From assembly GCA_963697225.1 (NCBI GenBank), contig CAVONM010000013.1, positions 42,375 through 106,374 on the forward strand: DNA of 64,000 nucleotides. The letters are read 5' to 3'. This document shows, one piece after another, positions 18,355 to 26,505 of the stretch; within the stretch, counting starts at the first letter, position 1; each line of letters begins with the position of its first letter. The position numbers were made by a program, and so were the translations under genes. The notes below the pieces were generated by a model. It did no database searches. It had not been told where the DNA came from and saw only the letters and a list, made by a program, of their open reading frames with translations. The stretch comes from an uncultured delta proteobacterium. Its GTDB lineage: Bacteria; Desulfobacterota; Desulfobacteria; Desulfobacterales; Desulfosarcinaceae.

Positions 18355-18372
18355 GTTGACGAATTCGTCAAC
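18355..18372. promoter_or_regulatory. Perfect 18-bp palindrome GTTGACGAATTCGTCAAC in the divergent intergenic region between the DtxR-family gene and the ferritin-like gene. Candidate operator.
   Basis: Read directly from the sequence. It does not match the canonical DtxR or Fur box that I recall. Confidence 0.4.
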
Positions 18373-18520
18373 GCGGGATTCCAATCGTCCGCGGAGTGTA
18401 CACGGGCGGTTGAAAATGTGTCAAGATGATTTTGGAAGCCCTAAAAAAGCAAGGAACGTCAATCACATGGACCCCAAAACGGTGGCTTGCCGGACCCGCT
18501 AAGCCCACAAGGAGGAACCG

Positions 18521-19018
18521 ATGACGGAAAACAGTGCGCTGGATATTCTTAAACATGCAATTCTGCTGGAAAAGCGGGGGAAATCGTTTTATCGGACGGT
18601 GGCAAATCAATCCACGAACAGTGATGTGAAGGCTTTCTTTGAAACCATGGCCACCGAAGAAGTCCAGCACGTCAAAATCCTTTCCGATCAGTTCAAGGCC
18701 TTCAAGGAAACCGGTAAATTCAAACCAGCGGACACCCTGGAAACGGGCTCCATCTCAAAAAATGTTTTGACGCCGGAGGTCAAGGGGCGCATTGCCGCTG
18801 CAGATTTCGAAGCGGCAGCCATTTCGGCGGCCATGCTCATGGAGGAGCGTGCCATCACGCTGTATGCCAAACGAGGCAATGAGGCCCTGGACCCGGAAGA
18901 GAAAAAACTATACCAGTGGCTGGCTGACTGGGAAAAAGAACACCTGGCGTTTCTCGCCGCTATCGACGCGGAGTTGAAGGAGCGAATCTGGAATGACAGC
19001 GGTTTCTGGCCCTTCTAA
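18521..19018 (+). CDS. Ferritin-like / rubrerythrin-like diiron-fold protein (no rubredoxin domain)
   Basis: 165 aa with two E..H-containing helices (TEEVQHVKIL, EKEHLAFLAA). Confidence 0.55.
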   Translation: MTENSALDILKHAILLEKRGKSFYRTVANQSTNSDVKAFFETMATEEVQHVKILSDQFKAFKETGKFKPADTLETGSISKNVLTPEVKGRIAAADFEAAAISAAMLMEERAITLYAKRGNEALDPEEKKLYQWLADWEKEHLAFLAAIDAELKERIWNDSGFWPF

Positions 19019-19204
19019 ATCAATCTTCGCCACCTCCCCGCGGACGACCCCAAGTCCCGGGGAGGCAGCTGCTTGACTGTTTTTTTCCTACCAACCAGCT
19101 ACCACGCCTTCCTTCATCCAGTCGTTGAAAATATTAGCGGCGGCCTTACCATATTAGAAAACAACCATCACGATCCGTGATGTTGAGATAAAGGAGATCA
19201 TCCA

Positions 19205-19717
19205 ATGAACGAAAATGCAAGTGCCAAAGAACTGTTCGAAACGGGAATGACTGAGTTTGCCAACGCCAGGTATGACAGAAGTATCGCCCATTTTACCCGG
19301 GCAATCGAAAAGGACACCGGCCATGCGCTGGCGGCCGTCAGTCGCGGGGCGGCCTACCTCAAGCTGGATATGTTGGACCTGGCGCGGGATGATTTTGAGC
19401 GTGCAATAAAGATCGATCCGGAGTATGCTCGAGCCTATCACATGCGTGGGCTGGTCAGCGAGAAACGAGGGGACGATCATACCGCTCTGGCCGATTTTGA
19501 CCGGGCCATCGATCTGAATCCGGATTACGGCGCCGCCTATTACAGTCGTGCAGCCCTTCACGCAAAGATGGCCAACACGGAAAAAGCCCAGGAGGACATC
19601 GAAATGGTGGCCCACCTGGGAAACCGCAACATGGAATCCTTCATGAATGAGAACAACGTCTGGCATACCCAGCAGATGCGGGTGGAGGACGCCATCGAAA
19701 CCGAACTGCAGCGCTAA
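19205..19717 (+). CDS. Tetratricopeptide-repeat protein
   Basis: Repeated A..Y...G...A..DF..A pattern across 3-4 TPR units. Confidence 0.65.
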   Translation: MNENASAKELFETGMTEFANARYDRSIAHFTRAIEKDTGHALAAVSRGAAYLKLDMLDLARDDFERAIKIDPEYARAYHMRGLVSEKRGDDHTALADFDRAIDLNPDYGAAYYSRAALHAKMANTEKAQEDIEMVAHLGNRNMESFMNENNVWHTQQMRVEDAIETELQR

Positions 19718-19936
19718 ATGACTTCGATAAAATTGACTTGACTCGGTCGGTGGGTATGGATTAAGTTTGCATCAATCATAAACAGACGCCACGAAGACGT
19801 TGCGGTAAACATAAAAAAGAACGCGTTACAAGGCCACGAAGGCATCGGCAGATAAATTTCATCTGCTTTAGTCTCGCGGCCTTTTTCGTTCTCAGCAGTC
19901 GAAACGAGAAGGTTTTTTAAATGGAGGTTCCCGGTC

Positions 19937-20125
19937 ATGTGTGAAGCCAATGCTTATATGGTCAAAGACGATGAAGAAACCCTGCTCATGGAATCCGTCG
20001 ACCTGGTGGAGCCCGAAGCGGACGGCACGTTCCGCCTGGTGGGGATTTTTGGCGACCAGATTGTTATCAAAGGAAAGATCAAGCGGATGAATCTTGTGGA
20101 TCACCGCATTCTGTTTGAAGAATAG
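19937..20125 (+). CDS. cooT: CooT-family nickel-binding protein (62 aa)
   Basis: Begins MCEANAY with the conserved Cys2 Ni ligand. 62-aa length and the LV.IFGDQ...KG.IK pattern match the CooT family as I recall it. Confidence 0.5.
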   Translation: MCEANAYMVKDDEETLLMESVDLVEPEADGTFRLVGIFGDQIVIKGKIKRMNLVDHRILFEE

Positions 20126-20154
20126 AAGACCCGCCTGCCATTTAATATCTCAAG

Positions 20155-21090
20155 CTACTCAAGTCGAGAGACCAGCTCTGCAGCCGTTGAACAGTTCTCA
20201 CCGCCGGCCGCTTCGATACTCCGTCGATAATTATGGCTGGCTCGTCCGCCGACCACCAGCGGGAATCCATTATTCAGCAAGTCAGACAGGCGGGTGAGTT
20301 CGTCTTGCATGAAGGCATCATCGACGCGACAGGTGATGCTCAGGGCAATCATTTCCGCGCCAGGGATAGAACAGGCAGCGGCGATCTCTTCAGCCGGCAG
20401 ATTAAAACCTAAAAAGACCGGTTCCCAACCGTGATCCTGTGCAGTAACGGCTACGGCCAGAGCGCCCAGGTAACAGCACTGGCCGGCCGGTGCGGCGATC
20501 AGCAAGCATGGCTTTTCAGCGGCATCGCCGGTGGGATGACTCAGCAAGCCAATGAGTTGCGCATGAATGACGACCGAGGCCATCTGTCCATGAACAATCC
20601 GCAATGATCCATCAGACCACCTGCGGCCAACCTGCTCCATGAGCGGACAGAATATCGTGTCAATCAAGGCTTGACGGCTGAAGGCCGCGGCTGCCTGCCG
20701 CAGTATGCCCTGCAGCGCCTTGCCGTCAAGCATGGCAACGGCTTCTAAACTATGGCTGACTATCTCAGTTGGGGCGATGCCGGCGGGCATTTTTGAATCG
20801 TCGTGAGTTGGCTCGTTGGGCTGGATGGCGGGTGGTGTGGTGGGTTCCGCCAGCTCGACCAATTGGGCCCGATCGAGACCGGCAATGTGCGATATGCTGT
20901 GGCCATTCTGGATCACCCGTCTGAGCAGGACGAGGCGGTCGATGTCCGACTGGCTGAACAATCGGCGGCCATTGGCCAACCGCTGCGGCGCAACCGCATG
21001 GTATCGGCGTTCCCATGCCCGGATCACATGGGTGGAAAGACCGGTGTGTAAACTGACAAAGCCAATCGGAAAGGCAACCGGACCGGGCAT
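20155..21090 (-). CDS. MerR-family regulator with a C-terminal cobalamin (B12)-binding domain (CarH/LitR-like)
   Basis: N-terminal MerR HTH (FPIGFVSLHTGLSTHVIRAWERRY). C-terminal B12-binding Rossmann-like domain (LLIAAPAGQCCYLGALAVAVTAQDHGWEPVFLG...). Confidence 0.7.
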   Translation of the reverse strand: MPGPVAFPIGFVSLHTGLSTHVIRAWERRYHAVAPQRLANGRRLFSQSDIDRLVLLRRVIQNGHSISHIAGLDRAQLVELAEPTTPPAIQPNEPTHDDSKMPAGIAPTEIVSHSLEAVAMLDGKALQGILRQAAAAFSRQALIDTIFCPLMEQVGRRWSDGSLRIVHGQMASVVIHAQLIGLLSHPTGDAAEKPCLLIAAPAGQCCYLGALAVAVTAQDHGWEPVFLGFNLPAEEIAAACSIPGAEMIALSITCRVDDAFMQDELTRLSDLLNNGFPLVVGGRASHNYRRSIEAAGGENCSTAAELVSRLE

Positions 21091-21529
21091 CGTATCTACT
21101 CCATTCGAGAAAAATGTGGCCTCGCGCAAACGATCCCATGAATGCTTAGCGCCCCGCCTGTCGTCGATGACCCATCATGCATAGCAAAACACACTTTTCA
21201 TTGTTGACAATTTGCCCGCTACCCCACCAAAAGCAGCAGGGGTAGTTTCTGTAGTGGCGGCTTTTCCGAGTTCATCGACGCTGGCGGGCCCGATTTTATT
21301 CGTCGACAAGTTTGGAAATGGCCAGCGCGCAGGCATTCACGGCTTCATCAGGTCCATCCAAGTTGATGATATGATTTTCAAGATCAAAATCTACAATCGT
21401 GCAGCCATGGTTTTCAACCGTCATCTTGATTACATTCAAAAATGTTGCTTCATCCATAAGAGTCATCCTTCCCATCCGTCATCCTGCGACAAAAAGGATT
21501 GCCGGTGACAGATTTACGTCAATGTTGGG

Positions 21530-21742
21530 TCAAATTGATTCGACCAACCTATTTGCCTGGGGCACATCTGTCAAGATGCATGAACCCGCGAAAGCTGCCC
21601 GAAAAATGGGGCACGGGGAACCGGAGATCCCCGTGCGTGATCGAGTCAGAACCATCAAATCGTTGGGGCAAATGTACATGCATGCAGTTTTGTCCCCGCC
21701 TTTGCAACCATCGCATTTTTCAGCGATTACGAAACTAGGCAT
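21530..21742 (-). pseudogene. Remnant of the adenylylsulfate reductase beta subunit (AprB-like N-terminus only, about 32 matching residues)
   Basis: MPSFVIAEKCDGCKGGDKTACMYICPNDLMVL matches the AprB N-terminal [4Fe-4S] region. The sequence then diverges and stops. A strong GGAGG lies before the ATG. No aprA follows. Confidence 0.45.
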
Positions 21743-22206
21743 ATAACCTCCTTGCCTGTTCGGGTTAAATGTGACGCGCATCCTCGGTGCCGAAACAGTT
21801 GCAGATGGCACTATGATTTATGCCATGCCCATCATGGCACTCCAATAAAATAGGGCAGCGGGCGCGTGTGTCAATGTTTTGTCTAGTTAGAGGACTCAGT
21901 TTGTTGGGTAGTCGCCCATTGATCGACGCGGGCATCTCGTTTCCACCGAAGACTAACGGCAGCCGATTCTTCTTGTGCATCAGGCGCGACTCTCCGAACC
22001 ATTCAGAGTGGCATGCGGATTACCCGGCTTCCGATCAGAAAGGGCTCAATGCTCATGCGGCGAAACCAACCAAATGGTGAAGGCGTCTCGATTTTTCAGG
22101 CCGACAAAAAAACGAATTGCCAATGTCAAAATTGTGTTTAATATCTGTCTAACAAAACTTATTAATTTTGCTTATTCACCTTAACGATAAAATAATTGTG
22201 AAGATA

Positions 22207-23547
22207 ATGAACGTTCTTCGAAAACGAGCTAGTGTCAAGAAACTTCGCATCGGGCTAACGGATAAGGACCTCGAACGCCTATTTGAGATTCACGCCACAG
22301 ATTCGGCTGCAGTGCTGGCCAGGCGGACAGGGTTGCCCTATTTGATGATCTACAACATCGTTCATAGGCGGGTGATGTCGGTGAGCCATCGGCACTACAT
22401 GACGCTATACGGCCGACCTGCGCCCCAGCAGGTGACGTTGAAGGTGGATGGTGAGCTATTCAGGGCAATGGCTGAATTGTGGCTGTTTCTCAACCAGGGG
22501 CTCACTCGGGCAGACCTTTACCGTGAGCTGTTTGGACTGGAATCTCATCAAAAAACCGATCACCGGATTTTCAATGGAAAGATCCATGCCGTCGATGCCA
22601 GACTTGAGCACATCATGAGACAGAAATTTTCAAATGCGGGTGTCGACACGCAACTGTTGAATCAATGGCTGGAAGAATTCGATTCGATGCCGCACAGCGA
22701 TTGGGTTCCGTACTCCCGCATACGGCCGGCACTGGTGTATCTGTGGGAAAAATTGGGCGTTCACCCGACATCGGTGTTGAATCAGTCCGTCGTCAGATAC
22801 GAAACCGGAATCCTCAAGCGCGTTTCCCGGAGCACCGCTGATCGAATCGAGGCGTTAAAAAACAAAACGGAAAGGGAACTCCGGGAAGATCGAAAACAGG
22901 ATACGGAGAAGATCAAGGAATCTGTTGTCGGTGGAAAACGCGGGTACACGCTTTATTCCGACATCAGGGACGAACTGTTTTTTTTATGCAGAACCACACG
23001 AAGAGGTGCCAAATACTATTTGGGACGAAGCCCTTGGACCTATGAAAAAGGGAGGGCCAAACGAATTGCCAATTGGAGAGCCATCAAGATTTTGCAGGAC
23101 TGCGATCGGTTCATCCGGCAGTCACCCGCCATACCCCTGGCCAATCTGCCACAATCGCGACAATGGGCGCAGGTCCACCGACTGATCGATGTCCTGGTGG
23201 CCCGAACCGCCCAGCTGCTCTCCGACAAGGATGGCATCGCTTTCGAAAAGCGCATCCTGCGACCGTCTCACACGCGGGTTGAATACAACAACCCGTATCA
23301 TGGCTTTACACCCTTCGACATGGCCTCGCGTGTGTTGGGGATGAAACCCAGGGCCTTCGACCTGATGGTGGCGAGAAATTGTGAAATTTTCAGGACCGTG
23401 GGTAAATTCGCCCAGCGCTGGTACCTTCCCGACCTGTATCTGCGGGAGCTGTCCAGGAAGAAAGATTTTGAATTGATCTCGGCCAAATATGAATTGATGG
23501 CCAAAGACGATCGCCGCCCGCGGCCAATCGATGCCTGCATGAACTAG
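22207..23547 (+). CDS. Hypothetical protein (446 aa), no recognisable domain. Preceded by a 400-bp AT-rich segment.
   Basis: Long uninterrupted ORF with lower GC than the surrounding sequence. A promoter-like AT-rich region lies upstream. Confidence 0.5.
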   Translation: MNVLRKRASVKKLRIGLTDKDLERLFEIHATDSAAVLARRTGLPYLMIYNIVHRRVMSVSHRHYMTLYGRPAPQQVTLKVDGELFRAMAELWLFLNQGLTRADLYRELFGLESHQKTDHRIFNGKIHAVDARLEHIMRQKFSNAGVDTQLLNQWLEEFDSMPHSDWVPYSRIRPALVYLWEKLGVHPTSVLNQSVVRYETGILKRVSRSTADRIEALKNKTERELREDRKQDTEKIKESVVGGKRGYTLYSDIRDELFFLCRTTRRGAKYYLGRSPWTYEKGRAKRIANWRAIKILQDCDRFIRQSPAIPLANLPQSRQWAQVHRLIDVLVARTAQLLSDKDGIAFEKRILRPSHTRVEYNNPYHGFTPFDMASRVLGMKPRAFDLMVARNCEIFRTVGKFAQRWYLPDLYLRELSRKKDFELISAKYELMAKDDRRPRPIDACMN

Positions 23548-23573
23548 CTGGAACGGTAAGGCCAGACACCATC

Positions 23574-23777
23574 CTATTTAAACGCATCTACGCTGGATAC
23601 GTTGAATCGGTTGTACAACAGATCGATGCCAAAACCCGGGCCACAGCCGACTTCCAATGCCCGTGCCCTCCTTGTGGGACCACCCATTTCCAACAATTGC
23701 CGCGTTTCAAGATGGTTTTGCAGAAAGGCGCGAAAAGGGCTGGGGATGAAGAGGCGCTCTAAAAAATTAAGTTGCAT
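23574..23777 (-). pseudogene. Truncated SAM-methyltransferase fragment (67 aa, ends right after motif I LEVGCGPGFG)
   Basis: Only the N-terminal portion of a class I methyltransferase is present. Overlaps the stop region of the upstream SDR-family gene. Confidence 0.3.
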
Positions 23778-25293
23778 TAATCAACTCCGGGCCGAGCACG
23801 ACACGCGCCCCACTTTGTCGGGCGATGCCCTTGAGCATATCGCGAAACACCCATTGATGGGCCGGATAGAGGCCATACCAGTAGCCCAACCCCAACAGTC
23901 CCCGGGACAGGAATGCCGACTGGAGCACCAACTCGGTATGGCCCGATCGGGGGGACAGCTGGAACACCATCAGCGCGCCGCCGGGCGCCTTCATGCGAGA
24001 TTCGAGTACCAGTCGGCGGGGGCGATGGATCTGGGACACACGCCAGAAGTGAAAGTGCTCGTCGACATCCAGCTGTCTGGCATGACGACGTCTTTTTTTC
24101 AGGCCGGGACCGCCGATGAATGCATCCAGTGCCCCCCGGGCCAACCAAAGTAAACGGTTGCCATAGTACCCCTGCTCTCCGCCGATGGCCTCGACGGTCT
24201 GCCAAACCGTATCGATTTCCGCCGCCAGGACGATGCGAAAACCCATGGTCAGGGTCGTTCCGCCGGCATAATCGGCATCACCGCAGGCGGTCCATTCCGG
24301 CGGCAAGAGCGTGTCGATGGGCAGGTCGCAGGCATCCTGCTCCGCCTGGGGCTGCCTGTCCAGGGCGATTCGTATGGTCTCCTCAGCGCGCTGCAGCGCC
24401 AGCGGGACGATGTCGCGGATGCGGTTGTCTCGGCAGACCACCGGAATACTCAACCCCTCGGCCAACGGTCTGGCGATGATCGACGGAACAGGCGTGACCA
24501 GGTGGATCCAAAGGGAACTCAATCTGGGGGTCAGCACCGGTACAGGGAAAATGATCCGTGGCATCAACCCGGCAATGTCGGCGTAGGTATGGATGAGGTC
24601 GCGATAACTGAGCACCTCCGGTCCGCCGATATCGAAGGTTTCGCCGATGGTCCCGGGCGATTCCAGGCAGCCGCACAGGTAACCCAGGACATCCGTAATG
24701 GCGATGGGCTGGCAGGGGGTGCTGACCCATCGGGGGGTGACCATGACCGGCAGGCGGTCCACCAGGTATCTGAGCATTTCGAACGACGCGCTGCCCGACC
24801 CCAGTATCATGGCCGCCCGCAGACAGGTCACCGGCACGGCGCTTTCCCGGAAAATCGCCTCCACCTCGTGGCGTGAGCGCAGGTGCTTGCTCAAATCCGG
24901 GTGGTCTGCGTCGCCCAGGCCGCCCAGGTAGATTATTCTTCGGACTTTGCGAGTCGATGCGACCGTCGCCATGTTCAGCGCCGCCCTGCGGTCGGCGTCG
25001 GCGAATCCGTGCTTGCCGGCGATCATGGAGTGGATCAGGTAGTATACAACCTCGCAGCCAGTCACCGCCTGCTCGACGGAGGCCAGGTCAAGGGCATCCA
25101 TGGCCACGATCTCCACGTTGGCGTGACCGTGCCAGGGACGGTTTTCCAAGCGCCGCGGGTTGCGCGCACAGGCCCTTACCCGATAGCCCTTGGCGAGAAG
25201 CCACGGCACCAGACGGCCGCCCACGTAGCCGGTGGCACCGGTAACCAGGATGGGTCGTTTGTATGTGGTCTCTTTTTTGGCCTTGGTGTTCAT
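23767..25293 (-). CDS. NAD(P)-binding atypical SDR (NmrA-like) domain fused to a C-terminal DUF2867 domain
   Basis: ILVTGATGYVGGRLVPWLLAKGY Rossmann motif at the N-terminus. The C-terminal 180 aa resemble DUF2867. Confidence 0.7.
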   Translation of the reverse strand: MNTKAKKETTYKRPILVTGATGYVGGRLVPWLLAKGYRVRACARNPRRLENRPWHGHANVEIVAMDALDLASVEQAVTGCEVVYYLIHSMIAGKHGFADADRRAALNMATVASTRKVRRIIYLGGLGDADHPDLSKHLRSRHEVEAIFRESAVPVTCLRAAMILGSGSASFEMLRYLVDRLPVMVTPRWVSTPCQPIAITDVLGYLCGCLESPGTIGETFDIGGPEVLSYRDLIHTYADIAGLMPRIIFPVPVLTPRLSSLWIHLVTPVPSIIARPLAEGLSIPVVCRDNRIRDIVPLALQRAEETIRIALDRQPQAEQDACDLPIDTLLPPEWTACGDADYAGGTTLTMGFRIVLAAEIDTVWQTVEAIGGEQGYYGNRLLWLARGALDAFIGGPGLKKRRRHARQLDVDEHFHFWRVSQIHRPRRLVLESRMKAPGGALMVFQLSPRSGHTELVLQSAFLSRGLLGLGYWYGLYPAHQWVFRDMLKGIARQSGARVVLGPELINAT

Positions 25294-25791
25294 TGGCAGA
25301 GCTTTCGCTTTAGGTCAAAAGTCTTATGCGAAGCGGCGCGAAACGGGTTCCAGGGTTCATGGCCTGACTGCGCCTGCTCATGCGAGCAGGCCATAAACCA
25401 TGAAATGGGCAATCACCCGGCAATCGAAACCAGGGATGCTTTTCCGATATACGCCATGGTCTCTTCATACTTGTCCCGCTTGCTGTATATTGAACCCCGC
25501 CATGAAAAGAGGAACGTATCAGTGTCAGATCAATCGGCGGGCATCGTTGATGCATGTCATTTGCGTCCATACATGTTCAATACTATAATGAGATAATCAC
25601 GAAAAACCAATACCCAAACGGAACCTACTGACCCCTGACGCTGTCGGCTGAAAATTGACTTCTCTATGACAATGGTCATCCTAAATGGGTAGCCCGGTCA
25701 ACCCGATCCACGCAAGCAATCGCGACACACCCATTTCATGTGCAAATTCATTTGCAAACGGGTTACCATACAAATGAGGAGTTCAGTCGCC

Positions 25792-26505
25792 ATGAACGCG
25801 CCGCCGGCAGCAATAGTAACACCTGATGCAGGGCCCCTGTCTATCCATGCCCACCGCCTGACCCGCATATACACGGTCGGTTCGGTGCAGGTGACCGGTA
25901 TCGACAGGATCGATCTTTCCGTTGTCCGGGGCCAGTTGGTGGTGCTCAAGGGCGACAGCGGTTCGGGGAAAAGCACGCTGCTATCGTTGTTGGCCGGGTT
26001 GGACCGGCTCTCCACCGGGGAGCTGGTCGTGGCCGGCCACGACCTGAATCACTGCAGGGAAGCCGAACTGACCGACTTTCGACGCAATACCGTCGGTATG
26101 ATCTTTCAGGCTTTCAATCTGCTGCCGACGTTGACCGTGCTGGAAAACGTCTGCCTGCCTGCACTCCTGGCCGGCCGCGCCTTCCGTGCAGTTCGATCCA
26201 GGGCAGAGGAACTGCTCGACTGGCTCGGCCTGGGCGACCGCCTCAACCACCAGCCGCGTCAGCTCTCCGGCGGAGAAATGCAGCGCAGCGCCATCGCCCG
26301 GGCGCTGATCAATGATCCGGCCATCGTTCTGGCCGACGAGCCCACGGGGAACCTGGACTCACGCAATGCCCGCAAGGTCATGGCCCTGCTGGCCGATCTG
26401 AACCGCCGGTTCGACCGGACCGTCGTGATTGCCACCCACAGCGACCTGGCTGACGAATACGCCACCATGGTGCTCAGGCTGCGAGACGGCCGCGTGGCCC
26501 CATGA
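25792..26505 (+). CDS. ABC transporter ATP-binding protein (LolD/MacB/AttE-like)
   Basis: Walker A GDSGSGKSTLL, signature LSGGEMQR, Walker B IVLADEPTGNLD. GAGGAG RBS before the ATG at 25792. Confidence 0.85.
   Translation: MNAPPAAIVTPDAGPLSIHAHRLTRIYTVGSVQVTGIDRIDLSVVRGQLVVLKGDSGSGKSTLLSLLAGLDRLSTGELVVAGHDLNHCREAELTDFRRNTVGMIFQAFNLLPTLTVLENVCLPALLAGRAFRAVRSRAEELLDWLGLGDRLNHQPRQLSGGEMQRSAIARALINDPAIVLADEPTGNLDSRNARKVMALLADLNRRFDRTVVIATHSDLADEYATMVLRLRDGRVAP

Noticed and set aside
25371-25390. 8-bp GC hairpin (GCCTGCTC-ATGC-GAGCAGGC) upstream of the SDR-DUF2867 gene
   Set aside because: No U-tract and no upstream convergent gene to terminate. Could be a regulatory hairpin but there is no further support, so it is not listed as a feature.
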